Below are positions 51,287 through 64,000 of a stretch of 64,000 bases of DNA, in pieces. The translations under genes and the position numbers were made by a program. Source of the DNA: Spironucleus salmonicida (Eukaryota). Each line of letters begins with the position of its first letter. Within the stretch, counting starts at the first letter, position 1. Below the pieces are notes generated by a model that was not told the origin of the DNA, did not search any database, and worked only from the letters and a program-made list of their open reading frames with translations. The DNA is taken from contig NC_090597.1 of NCBI RefSeq assembly GCF_000497125.1, positions 941,797-1,005,796 on the forward strand, given 5' to 3'.

Positions 51287-53170
51287 ATGCTAGGCACCTG
51301 CTCTAGCACTACTAACAACTGCACAGGAAAAAGTTTCTGTCCAGACTAACCTGGTAAGCTCACTGATTGCCTGCCCTGCAAAGATGAATGTCTCACATGC
51401 TCGGGACCCTCTGCTAGTAACGCAATTTGCGAAACTTGCCGTCCTGGAATGTACCTTACGGACCGCGATACTTGTGACGACTGCGATACGAAATGTCTCA
51501 CCTGCGCAAGTTACAAGAATGCATGTACAAGTTGCAGGGTAGGGGAGAAACTGAGCTCTGATGAGTGCTTTACGGCGTGTACATCTAATTCCGACTGCGC
51601 TAGCAACCAGTTTTGCGAGAATAAGCTGTGTTATACCTGCTTAAGTAATTGCGCTACGTGTGCAGACACGACATTCCACTGTACGAGCTGTTCTAATGGA
51701 AGCGGTCTTGTACGTGGTTACTGCAGGAAATGTACTGCTAGTAATTGCGATAACTGCGACGGATAACTTAACACCTGTAAAAAATGTAGTCCTGGTTTTA
51801 GACTATAAGGTACCTCCTGCTAGCCATGCTCAGTTACGAATTGTGCGAATTGCGATGCAAATAAAGATATCTGCAATATATGCAAAAATAACTTCAGTAT
51901 GAACAACAATACCTGTTCTGAATGTGCTCAAAATCTTAACTAAAAATGTTAATGCGGCATGGCCGAGAATTGCACTACATGCGGTGCTAACAATTCTGGC
52001 GTTTGCGGAAGCTGCTTGCCAGGATTTTTCAAGGGGGGAGATACAGGGAGTGATACTTGCATTGCGTGCCCTGTCAACTGCACAACCTGTACTTCTAGCT
52101 CCGTTTGCACCGCTTGCGAGGATCGGTTTTCTATCGATGGTAATAACTGCGTAGCCTGCGCCGACGCAAACTGCAATACCTGCTCAACTAACAAAAACAC
52201 ATGCACGGCATGCAAAGATGGCTTTGTATAATAAAGCGGCAAATGCGAAAAACTATGCAAACCAGATGACGGCACCTGCGCTATGGACCAAATCTGCGAT
52301 AAGATCTGCAAAACCTGTACCGGCAACTGCGCTACGTGTAAGGACTCTGTAGACAAGTGCGTGACCTGCAAATCTGGGTTTACTTTAGAAGACGATAAAT
52401 GTGAAGCGTGCCCAAACAACTGCGCGAACTGCGACGACAATAAAGCCACCTGCACGCTTTGCAGGGACAACTTTTTCGTCGAAGATAATATCTGTACTAA
52501 GTGTGAGGGAAACACGACAAAACAGTGCAAGTGCGGGGAAGCAGTTAATTGTGCTACCTGCGATACTTCCAATAAAGAAAAATGTGAAACCTGTATCACC
52601 GGCTACAAAAAGGCTACAGGAGACACCTGCTCTACCTGCTCAGATGGTTATCTGATGGTCGATATGATCTGTACAAAATGCAATCCCAAGTGCGCAAGAT
52701 GCTCCAAAAGCCTCGAAAAGTGTGACACCTGCGCCAGTTCGTACACAATGAGCATCAACTAGACGTGCGAGAAGGATTGCACGGTTAAACTGACAGATGA
52801 TAAGGTGTGCACGACCGAAAATATAGTGGATTGTGGAGGCACCGATCAGATAACTGCATGTAAATGTGGCACTACTGGAAATTGCTTCAAATGCGGTGGT
52901 TCGGATAAGGAAAAATGCGAGTCCTGCATGACAGGCTACAAATTAGAAAATCAACAGTGCACTACCTGCGTGGATGGGGCCACCGCGGTGGGTACTTTCT
53001 GCTTCCTCTAGGGCGAAAAGACCGATGTCAACCTCTCTAGTGGCGCAGTTGCAGGCATTATCATCGCGGTTTTGCTCGTGGTGGGAGGAGTCGCCGGTGG
53101 TGTTTTCTGGTGCATGAAGAAGTCCAAGGTTAATTCGGAGATTGAGACATCGAAGTCTAACATTAAGTGA
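51287..53170 (+). CDS. Intact CRMP, 627 aa, copy 2
   Basis: Copy of 20806-22689; ORF-track translations are identical. Confidence 0.93.
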
Positions 53171-53711
53171 TAATTTACTTGATATCTGAGTTTAGGGGAA
53201 ATATGGCGGCATTAAAGGTTAAAGTATTCTAGAGGGATAAATTACCAATCATTATTAAATTTCTAAACCGATCTAGATTTTGTTTGGGGACAGCGGCACA
53301 TATGTTTCTATTGGAGATGAATCATTGTATGAGCAACCCTGATATTTTTAAATACGAGAAGTTAGTGATAATCAATATAATTAATTTGGTAAATTCAACA
53401 AGCTCGAGTGTTTTCCAATAATACTTATCAGCACAGAAATAAATTGTGAAATTATATTTCATAGTTAGTTAGGAGTTCTAGACCTGACCTTGTTAGGGGA
53501 GGTATACCCGATGTCAACTTTGGAAGAGTACGCTGCTTGTTTCGCTAAATTTGTGATTTGCATTTCTACTTGCAGTTCAGATATAGATGTTTATAATTCT
53601 ATGCATGGTATATAATATTAACTTTAGATGTTCCTAACGTGAAAAGTTACGTCCTTAATGTATTAGTATATTAATATACAAGAATAAATTTGCAACATCC
53701 TAAAACGCCAA

Positions 53712-53951
53712 TCACATGAAGTCAGACGTCTTCCCTAGCGCCAGCTGGCCGTTCAGCTAGTCCAACCGCTCATCCAGCCCGTACAGCTCCACCTTCATCC
53801 TGGAGTGGGCCTCGAACAACGGCTTGGCGATGGAACACGGAATCACACGCCTTGTGGTGTGTCTGGAGTCATGACTTAGGTCTATGCATGAACTGTGGTG
53901 CTACAGGTTCATCTCACGGTGTAGGTGCATTCCGGCCGCATAGAACGTCAT
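53712..53951 (-). other. GC-rich 79-codon ORF, copy 2
   Basis: Copy of 23231-23470. Confidence 0.3.
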
Positions 53952-55239
53952 TCTCGATGACCTCAATGAGCTGATATTATTAATTATATGGTTATGACTG
54001 GTTTATGCTTTGTTGTTTTTCGTAGTTAGTTTTGCTATTAAATTCACCTTGCTGAAGTAGAAAAATAATTCAAATAAACATAGAAAGTAAAATATTATTA
54101 TATATAAAAACATTATTGTTATATTTCCTAAATTAAACAAAGTTTATCACAGTCGTACGCTAGGCAGATGCAGAGGTAAATGAATTAGTATTTAATAATG
54201 TCCAGATCTAGCATTAAAACTTAACTTGTTAGGTGCCTCCAGAGAGACCTACAGTTAGCTCCAAACTACTTATTTAGCTAGTATGGCAGAGTCTGGACCC
54301 TATGACAACGCCATACAGCATTATTACGCAACTTTCAGCAAATGAGGATGGAAAAGTATCTCTTCATTATTCTGTCTCCATGCTCTAAGCGCGCATTCCT
54401 TCATACGAATTTTTGATATTATGTGCTGGTGGCTAGCGCTTGCAAACTCTAAAGTTCAATAGAACACAGGTCTAATTTAGTAGTCTCTTCTCCATCATGC
54501 GCCCCAATTAGCAGTCAAAGAACCCAAATACTACCTGATGGGATACGCACTATTCGCTTGTTTGACGATGTACCATATTTGTTTTAATATTGAAGCATAC
54601 GGAAGCGCAAAGCTTTGCATATAATGGTAAGCAGGATACGAAGTGCATGATGGCAGGCAGGTTACTTATGCAGCATTTCGTAACAAACTAAATATCCATA
54701 TAGATATATGAATATAATAGCCATAAAAATGAAAATGGCATACTACTTGCCTGGGTGAGTGCTTGGTTTTGGCTGGGCTTGAGCAGCGATTCTCTTACCG
54801 AGAGCGTCTACTAAAGTTATTCGATGGGGTCAGCTTATTGATAATGCTTGGTAGAATAACGAGCGAATCAAATTTATCCACCTGAAGAGCCTACTGGCAT
54901 ACAATTACTATCGTATTACTGTATGGTAATGCCCACCTGGCGCATATCCACTTAGTCTAGAATCTTGTTTCGCCCTGTATGCATTCGGTACAGTAGCTAG
55001 AAAACTAGCTCCCTGAGATGTTTACTATGTTAACCTAAGACAAGGAGAGCTTTCGGCTAGAATATTAAAGTAAGCACATTTCACTGCTACTTAATTCATC
55101 TAGTGCAATATATACCACAGTCCAGGTACCTGCATTTTACGTGCTACGCCTAGACGCTAAATGTGCTTACATATTGCTAGAAAAGTTGTTCGTAAATCGT
55201 AAAATTTCTAACAATTACGGAGGAATTAACTACATAGAT

Positions 55240-56057
55240 ATTAATATAGCAGTATGCTAAGCTGCCCCAACGGCTCCGATTCCTCCCAACACGCAAACCA
55301 CACTGCTCGCAATCTCCCACGACCTATTAGATTCACCTCGTCATCACTATAAATATTCCATCTCATTGTCCCCGCACGCTTCCCATCATCTCCATAAGGA
55401 CATTCGGCAAACAGTCCTTACACCCATATTGAGCGTCGCTGTATGAGATTCATTTTCTACGGCATAGCACTCACCGTCCGGGTCAATACCTTCCACACAA
55501 GTAGTTGGAACACCCTCCTGAAAATAATTGTAGTTTGCGGTGCCGTCTCCGTGTATGGTTGTAATATATACATTGTCATTGCGGGAATTGCTAAATATCG
55601 CAGACGAGAAAGCAGAGCGTTTTGAATAGCACCAGTGCAGTGCTTTGTTGGAATGTTATTGTATGCCTTTGCACCATTTGCTCAGCATTCTCTATACGTC
55701 GAACAATCGAATAGACTATCTCACGCTTCCCTTCATTCCACCCGAATACAATTTGTGCAGGGTTGTGCGTATGCGGTGTACGGGATTTCGTCTATAAAGG
55801 CACTAAAAGGGACTGCAGCCTAGGCAGCGAATCAGTACTTCTTGCCGTCTACTATCTATATCTTGTCGGCATACCATCCCTGGTCCACCTTCGGGTCGTA
55901 GGTGCACAGGACACAGTTCTCGGATCCTACGCTGGGGACTGGTAGACAGGATCGGCATAGCAGGGTTTTGCAGTGCCTTACAGCTTGCGGGTGGTCTTCT
56001 GTTTCGAACTGAGGAACTGTAGCATGATTCTCCTAAAGAGCACAAATGGGGGTTCAT
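55240..56057 (-). pseudogene. Decayed CRMP pseudogene, copy 2 (3' part diverged)
   Basis: Homologous to 24760-25594, with a net 18-nt deletion near 55360. Confidence 0.6.
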
Positions 56058-56516
56058 GTTTTTCTATTTTGCTAAGTTGGGACTAGGTTGGGTATCCAGA
56101 GCTAAGCTCATGATGCGATTAGTATCCTGCATATTATATAAACTAGATACCAAAATTAAAATTCCGCTCCAATTAATATTAGACACTAACGTATTATAAT
56201 AGTTATGAAACCCTATGACGACCACAGAAGTCCACTAGCGGCCAGCACTCGCCCTGCACGGCCAGCTATACCATACTAGCATGCACAGAGTATGCAAAGC
56301 CACAGGCAAGACAGTGGGTGATTGATACTTTGAGTTATCAGCCTGCATCTTCCAGCCAGCAGTAATTATTGCGCCTCTCCGGAGCACAGTTCTAGCCAAT
56401 ATTAAAATTTCCACTTTCCCTTATCCCCCGCATCTGCTACTCAAATCCGCAAGACCTCCGCTCCCGGATCGCTAAATAGCACCGGCGGACATCTACCCAT
56501 ATTATGCCAAATTCTA

Positions 56517-57371
56517 TCACTTCCTGGCCTTCTTGATGAAGTAGTATGCCAAACCGCCACCAACTGTGCTAGCCACCACCAAAACACCTATGATAATGCC
56601 AGCAATCGCACCACCACCTATTTTATTCTGCTAGACTCCACCCTACTTGGCCCAGCACATTCTGGCTAGAATTTCATACCCTTCCGCACATGCAGTGCAC
56701 GCCCCTTGCTTTCCATTCACTGTATTGGGCAAACACGTATCACAGTCATTCTTAGCTTCATTGCAGGAGGCACAGTTTGCAGCATTTCAGCATCTGCAGA
56801 CCGAATCAAGCCCTTCCGCGCACGATGTTGGAACTCCATTCTTGCAGTATTATCCATCTTGGAGGCTATTGCAGCTGGCCGTGCACTTTCCGTCTATCGT
56901 GGTAGTATAAGCGCCTGGAGTACAGAAGTTGCACACTGTTTTTGAGGAGCAAAAAAGACAATTTGATTCGCATGGCTCACAGCGATTTGCTGACAAGTTG
57001 CAGAAGGTCATGCGTTCTTGTTCACAGTCTTATAAAGAATTGCAAACTCTAACGCATATATTCTTTTCCATGGTGTACCCTTCAGCGCAAGCCTCGCACT
57101 TATCAGAGCTCTTACACTTGCCGCACCCTTTTGAGCATATAGTGCACCTATCCCCATTTTGAAAACTTCCAGTGATGCATTTGGAGCACTTGCCATTTGT
57201 GCACTCTCTACAATGGGTATTAACTGTATTGCTCACACAGTAGCAGCCTTGGCCGAGTTTTATGTCATCGGAGCAAGCAATGCAGCTCACTTCAGTATAC
57301 TCTACAGTCGGGCAGTAATATCCTGCCTTGCAGCCGGTACTCGATCTACTACATGTTCCGGCGTCGGGCAT
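56517..57371 (-). pseudogene. Diverged paralog of the 284-aa CRMP with an in-frame TGA at 56789-56787
   Basis: MPDAGTCSRSSTGCKAGYYCP..., same 855-nt length and KKARK tail. It reads VCRC*NAANC where copy 1 has [10 protein letters not shown] (GGA to TGA), predicting a 194-aa product without a TM segment. Confidence 0.85.
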
Positions 57372-60300
57372 TTTGAATGGATGGATGCATGTATTATAGC
57401 AGAATAACCGCGGTATAGAATACATTATCAGTTTCGAATTTATTAAATATTGCTTAATATGGTATATAAGTTATTATATCCATAAACTAAAAATGGAATA
57501 ATGTATTTAGATTTATAAAGTATATACTTGTGAGAGCAGTTTTTCCAGTGTTTTGTTGCTTGTATATGTAGATATGATACGTCTCCGAATGGACCCCTGG
57601 ACCGGAACTGCATGAGGGTTCCATGCGCACTGGTACCAGCGCGGTACACCGAGAGGGCCTTGGAACAGGGAACTGTGATATGCAGGTACACCGCAAGAAC
57701 ACCTCCCGAAAGCTCACTCTGCACGGCAGCAATCCGGCTTTGGGGGCTCTTACCACGCCCAACGATGTTAAGAAATACGTGCGCTTCCCAGCCAGCCTAG
57801 TATACTCTTATAAGCACACATAAGTTATCTCCGTTAATGGCGTCATCGGGCCAGGCAACCACCAAGAAGTTGGTCTGGGCCGCGCTGCAGTACTTTTACA
57901 GCCAACCTTGACTGCAGGTTGGCTCTAACCGCGTTATCAGCTAGGTTCGGTGCTCGGGGTAGCGAAATACGGAAATAACCGAGTTAAGTAATAAGTATTC
58001 CAAGCAAACAGTGCAAAAACGATATTCAAATACGAAACATCATTTCATTAAATTATGAAAGAATTTATATCATTCAATTACATATTTCATAATCATATTT
58101 CATATATTTGCTAGTGTACCTACTACTCTACAAGCATATCAGTGTTTATATAATTTTCAAAAAATAAAGCTTCGATACTTAAAACAAGTCATTTTTAAAA
58201 ATACTTTGTGTCTTCCATATTAAATAATCTTGCTAACCACCCTCAGCGTGAGCAGGTCAAGGGAAATATGATCTCTTTAGAGATTGTATTTCCATTGGGT
58301 CGCCCAAATCGAATATATCAAATTCATAATTATATTTTAATTTTTAATATCGTATTTTTTAAAATACATAACTGGTGTTTTTATATTTAGATGTTATTAA
58401 CAAAGCTTGATCAGCCATGACAGAGAAGTAATATTCAAGCAAGATAAAATTATAAATACAAAAAATATAATAATTCAAATAAGATCTATTACCAATACTA
58501 GAAGATAGTATTGATGCTATAAAAACAAAGCTTTTAAAATACGAAATCTAAACAATAATGCAATGATCTGAATATGAATATTAAGCAATACAAAAACGAA
58601 TATAGTTAGATATCGCGTATATATAATAAATGTAATAAAACAAATACTAAATAATTTATTCTAATAAATAAATTAGATTAAACCAATTATAAAAGTTTTA
58701 ACTAATATACAATACAATTAAATAGTAAAATTTAAAATTCAATGAGTTCAATGATAAATTATATATCAGAGTCTTGAATAATCTATCAAGCGATTTACTA
58801 CAAAATATCACATTGCATAAATTCAATTACCAAAAGTAAAACAATTAATGATAGTATTAATTTAAATATAGACTACAAGTAAAATATGTTTGAAGAAAAC
58901 AAATAGTAAGCAAGTAGTAAGTCACCATCAAGAAGGTGCACACAGAATATTTGAATTTTGAAAATGGACTATTGTTTTATTACTCGCGATGCGAATGATA
59001 AAATCTGATATAGTAGATAGTATCCCAGAGAGGGGTCAATAAAAAATATTTTTGATTTTTAAAAATTCAAAACGGTTACGCACCAAGGGCGAACACTAAA
59101 TCGGTCGACAATGCGGCCAATAAATTGGATCAAAATATTTAACTTTAAAGTTTTCTAAAGCTACTAATTGCTGTTATGTGCTTCATGCAATGGGGATTTA
59201 CTAGTCTATGTATTATTCTAGCTGAAGGTTAAGAAATTTTGAATTTTAGCGTTAAATTAAAACACATTCTGATTACTGACACCCATCGCCTTCTACTGCT
59301 AAGGGCCCGTTAGGGACTTTTCCAACGGCTTTTCAAACTTAAGCTTTGCAAAGTAGCGTTTAAAAACAGCAAAAAATACCATTTCACCCTCTAGACGATA
59401 CATTAAGCAAGATCCCTGCTGTTAAATTATTATAAATTGTCCATAGTTTCCGCCTGGCTGCATGCCCAGTTTTGCAAGACGGCACCAGTGGAAGGTTGCA
59501 AGTATACATTCCGCACCAGCAGTGCTACCTCTTTGCAGTCAGCCGCTGCTCAAATATTCAACGGAGTGTGCACGCTCTGAATAGGTGCTACACATCGCTG
59601 CATGCCTTCTGATTACGTAAAAATATTTCTTACCCTTTGGTGCATTCCCTGTTCCCGACTTGCGCGCAGAAGCTTCGCACGGGAAGTTGGAAATTTGGTT
59701 GTGGAAAAGCCTTTCAGCTCTAGTGGGACAGAAAATTACCATTTTCATTAAATCTTGTTGTGCGCTATTCGAGGTAGAAATGAGTATTTGATAATAATTC
59801 TGCGAGGGCAGTTAGCATCACATAAGAGAGTTTACGGTGATAATTTAAGGAATAGGTTGATTGCGGTACTGAGTGCATTGCGCTCATGGTGATTAGGTGT
59901 GCTGAGTTTGCGCAGTTTTAATAGTTCTAGAATGAGAGATGTTGGGCTAGAAGGGGTCGTGAGCATTTTTGTGTTGCTACAATAAACTGCTATTTATCAG
60001 ATTAGAACGTTTGGGATGGTGTAGTTGTGGATTGGATTTGCTTATGTAGAGATAATTTTATTGTATAGTAGTTGGAGTAAGTATAGTTTGGATGAATTTG
60101 AAATATCACTATCTTACCATACGCAGGAGTACGAAATTCAACTTTAAGGTAATTTTAAAGTAATGGTACAATAACATGTCATACTGTTATATTTATCTAT
60201 TATGCTGTCCGAATTTGAAAATAATTAAAGTATGCAAAACTGAAACTGAAATATTTAATAGTAATATACGACATAGAATCACTCTCAAGATAGTAAGTTA

Positions 60301-60696
60301 AGTTTCATGAAATATATCAGATGCAAAATTTATAGCTTAACGCATAAGTATCATTCATGTTAGGTAATCTCATGGAAAACATAGGTTTAGTTAAGTTTTG
60401 CAGAATTACTAAGGGTTTTAAACTAAAATATATTACTAATTGCTTATATTGTGATATTTTTATTACATGTGGTAAATTGATCTATCGGCTGCCTTGCGTT
60501 CACCTCAGGCTAATTTCATCTCGCGTTATCAATTACTACTTGAGTCATTCTAACAAATTAAAACGTATTAAGGTGGGCCCAAGTATTCCGTAACGAGCTG
60601 CTGCTAGTGAAGTATAGGGAAGAGTAATGCATCGCTAAAATAATATTTAAGTCAATTTAAAACTTTTTCCAAGACATAACTCCATAACTGGTACCA

Positions 60697-61555
60697 TCAC
60701 TTCTTCCCTTTCTTGACTAAGTAAAAGCAAGTCCATCTCCGACGGCACCTACTGTTAATATCCATGCATCACCAACTCTGGATAAGCTGCTGCTACGTAT
60801 TTCATCAAAAAGCAGATATTTCCACCTTTCTCAGCACCGTCGACGCATTCTCAGCATTGTTAGCATTTGGGCAAATACCTCGGAATGAATATCTTCTTTT
60901 AGATTAATGATTCAATGTGCCTGAATCTCCATAGAGTAGATAGTTCCGCGAGTATATGCAGCTAGTGCATTTCTATTATCGTCATCATAATATGTGAAAA
61001 ATGGGTCAGTACAGGGTCTAGCAGTTATTTCTTAACTTGCTGGGCAAGTAAGGCAGCGAGGCGCTCCTAGACGACCACACCTGCATCATGGTGTCTGGTC
61101 AGCAGACCAGCAGTCAACAATAGGACTATTAGCACAGTCATAGTGTTCAATAAGGCGGCTACATCATGCTTGCTTATGTATGATACGTCACTTAGTTCGG
61201 ATTTTTACATTTGAGCACTCCTCGACTGACTTCATGACTCGCATGTGCGAGAAAGTGCTCCAGGAATTCCTAGTGGCTTTAATTCGCAAAACTAGCAGCA
61301 TTGAAAAAGTGTCTTGGACCACAAACGCCCAATAATTGCAGATTTTATCCAGTTGTCGTCTACAGCTTTAAATCTTGTGGCGAAAGCTGTGCATTTTGAG
61401 CACTATCTCAGTATGCAGAGTTACCAGAACATGCATACACTAGGCTGATACACGAACTAAACAATAATCTGATTTTGTTACTACATGCGCCATTACTACA
61501 TCTGTTCAGGAAATTACACCAGGGTTATCTTCCGTGCTGTATTGAATGAAGACAT
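60697..61555 (-). pseudogene. Decayed CRMP pseudogene, copy 2
   Basis: Copy of 30250-31108 with a few SNPs. Confidence 0.75.
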
Positions 61556-63183
61556 TTAGTTTATTGCATTAGGATGTTGTTTGAATAGCTTTAGTTTTTA
61601 ATAGTTACATTTAACTAGCTATTTGGTATTTAGAAAATATTTACTACTCATTCAGAAGTAAATATTGATTAATATAATATATAGTACATCTATAAAAATA
61701 AAAATAAATAACTGAAGGTTTGCTTATGGTAAAATGAAACTGCATTACTTATAAATTAATTAATTTATCGAGCTTCTATAAAATAGGGTAATACGTAATA
61801 TGATAGAAAAATGTAAAATGTAAATGTAAATTATATATATTATTAAAAATTTATCAGGTTTAATCTTAAAAAGTGTTATGATAACTAATGAATATAATAT
61901 TAACATAAAAATATTTTTTCATCTAATTGAAGTTAGTCATTATCAGGTAAGGATATGACAGATTACAATGTATATTACTTAAATTTTACAAATTTAGTTA
62001 GTAAGCCTTAGATCAGAGCATAGATGGTACATAGATAGTAGAAAGTGAAAGTTCTTACCCAATAATGTAGTCAATGAACAAACCTATCTCTCTCACTACA
62101 GGTCATAGAAATAATAAAATTTAGTTAATGCTAGCATTGCTACTTTAGGAAAGCATGTAAGATAAGCTAATGATAAAGTAAGGTTTATTAATATTCTGGT
62201 ATACTGTGCTGCAAGGTGAATGCATTTATAGACTCAAGGCTGACTAATGGGACAGATGGGATCTGAATAGAAGTGGTGTCCAAACCTATTACTACATCTT
62301 AACTGAACAGTAAGTAGAAACCTGCATATTAGCAGTGGAAAACTAGAATTTAGGATGCTATCAGTGAAAACATACCAACAGAAGAATACGATACCAGCCA
62401 AACTTCTGATACCTCGGGAGTATCGAGCATGGATAGTACCACGGGCTCTGGTACGGTTCGGAGTGGCTGGTATTGCCCAGGCTATTTAGGTGTCAGGCTA
62501 GCCGAGAGGAAGTAATGGAAACCATATTAGCCATTTTCACCAATCTTTCAGTTTAGCATATTAGAATGACATAAATATTTTTGAATTTTGCAGCTATGTT
62601 AGTCTAAATAGTATTAGAATAAACCATTTACTGCTAACTTGGAAATATGAATTATTTTATTATACTCGAATAATATTGTTAGCTTCGGTCAGCATAAAGT
62701 TGGTCTGAGTAGTACTTATGTTTAAATACCCATAGGTCCAGATATTACCAGCAATCGGGTATTTAGTAAACTTACTGCTATTTCTGCAATAACAGGAGTA
62801 TTATATAATATATGGATTTTTTCACTTTTAGTTTTTGCAGTATTATATTAGTATGCACAACTATTATTAAACTCAATCTAAAGATTTACGTGTTTTAAAG
62901 ATTATAAGTTACTACGCACTTTGCATAAACTATTATAACACCACTCATGCCTATAATAACAATAACATCGCCATTTCTTTTGTTAAATCTACTGCGATTC
63001 ACCTACAACTACTTTAAGTAAATTTTACTAAATTAGACTTATTTGCATAATATCAATTCCTCATTTAATAATAAACGCTATCCATAAAATATTTCACTTC
63101 CACTTCAATAGTGAAAAACACGAAACTGCAATCCTCGGTAATATTCACAGTTATACTGTAGTCATGTTTCCACTTCTATGAAA

Positions 63184-64000
63184 ATGAACAACTAGTGTAC
63201 TTCTACCGATAAAAATTCCTGCAGTGAAGGTACTTTCTGTCCATCAAACGCAGGAACTGAAGCAAAGGATTGCCTAGCCTGCAAATCAGATTGTGCCACC
63301 TGCACAGGATCATCTGCAGAAGCTACAACGTGTTTAACCTGCGCCGATGGTAAGTATCTTAACAGTGGATCCTGCGCAGACTGCGACGCCAAATGCGCAA
63401 CCTGCACAGCAGAGAACACGTGTCAAACCTGCACTAATGGGAACGTTTTAAGCGGAACCACCTGCACCGCCTGCGTTTCAGGGTAGACCATGAAATGTAC
63501 CTGCGGGTCTGCTGAGAACTGCTCTATTTGCGATGTTACTGATCCGACTAAATGCGACGTCTGCGCGAATGGACATTTCATGTCTGGGACTACCTGCACG
63601 GCTTGTAAAGCTAATCAAATGGCTCCGTGTACATGCAGTACCGCTGTTAACTGCGGAACCTGCGCTACTGATACAAGTAAATGCAAAACTTGCATCAACG
63701 GATACGATCCAACCGGGTCCACCCCTTGCGAGAAATGCAAACCTAAGTACTTCGAGGATACTTCTTAAACTCCTAACAAATGCACAGCTTGCTCTGTAAA
63801 CTGTGTAACCTGCTCTTCTAGCACCGTTTGCAGCGCCTGTGAAGATGGATTTTCTATCAAAGATAATAAGTGCATAGCCTGCACTACAAGCTAAACAACT
63901 GCCTGTACTTGCAAGGTTGCCAAAAATTGCTAAACATGTGATACTACCAATACGGGCAAATGTTCAACGTGTATAGGAAACTTTGACAAATCTGGAAGCA
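63184..64000 (+). CDS. CRMP, 5' part (truncated by the window end); diverged positional equivalent of 32736-34451
   Basis: MNNQCTSTDKNSCSEGTFCPSNAGTEAKDCLACKSDCATC... is open to 64000 with TAR=Gln. An in-frame upstream ATG lies at 63178. Confidence 0.9.

Larger units (their letters stand above)
33963..64000 (+). repeat. Tandem segmental duplication, unit 2 (runs off the window end)
   Basis: Colinear copy of 3485-33962, nearly identical to ~48620 and patchily diverged afterwards. Confidence 0.97.

Overview
Eukaryotic DNA read with a non-standard genetic code (TAA/TAG = Gln, TGA the only stop), typical of hexamitid diplomonads; the gene content fits Spironucleus (probably S. salmonicida, by inference). 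The supplied standard-code ORF track therefore splits the real genes into fragments. The window is about two copies of a ~30.5 kb direct tandem duplication (period 30478 nt drifting to ~30447 nt), with the left junction inside a cysteine-rich membrane protein (CRMP, VSP-like) gene. Each unit carries several CRMP genes and pseudogenes, a sugar-porter MFS transporter and a ~1020-aa ankyrin-like protein preceded by an overlapping 133-aa ORF. Each unit also holds a decayed piggyBac-like DDD transposase relic hidden in AT-rich DNA, which the ORF track misses. The CRMP paralogs are modular mosaics, and divergence between the two units is patchy and strongest at two CRMP loci. No rRNA, tRNA or CRISPR features were recognised. 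All translations were done by hand and no database searches were run.
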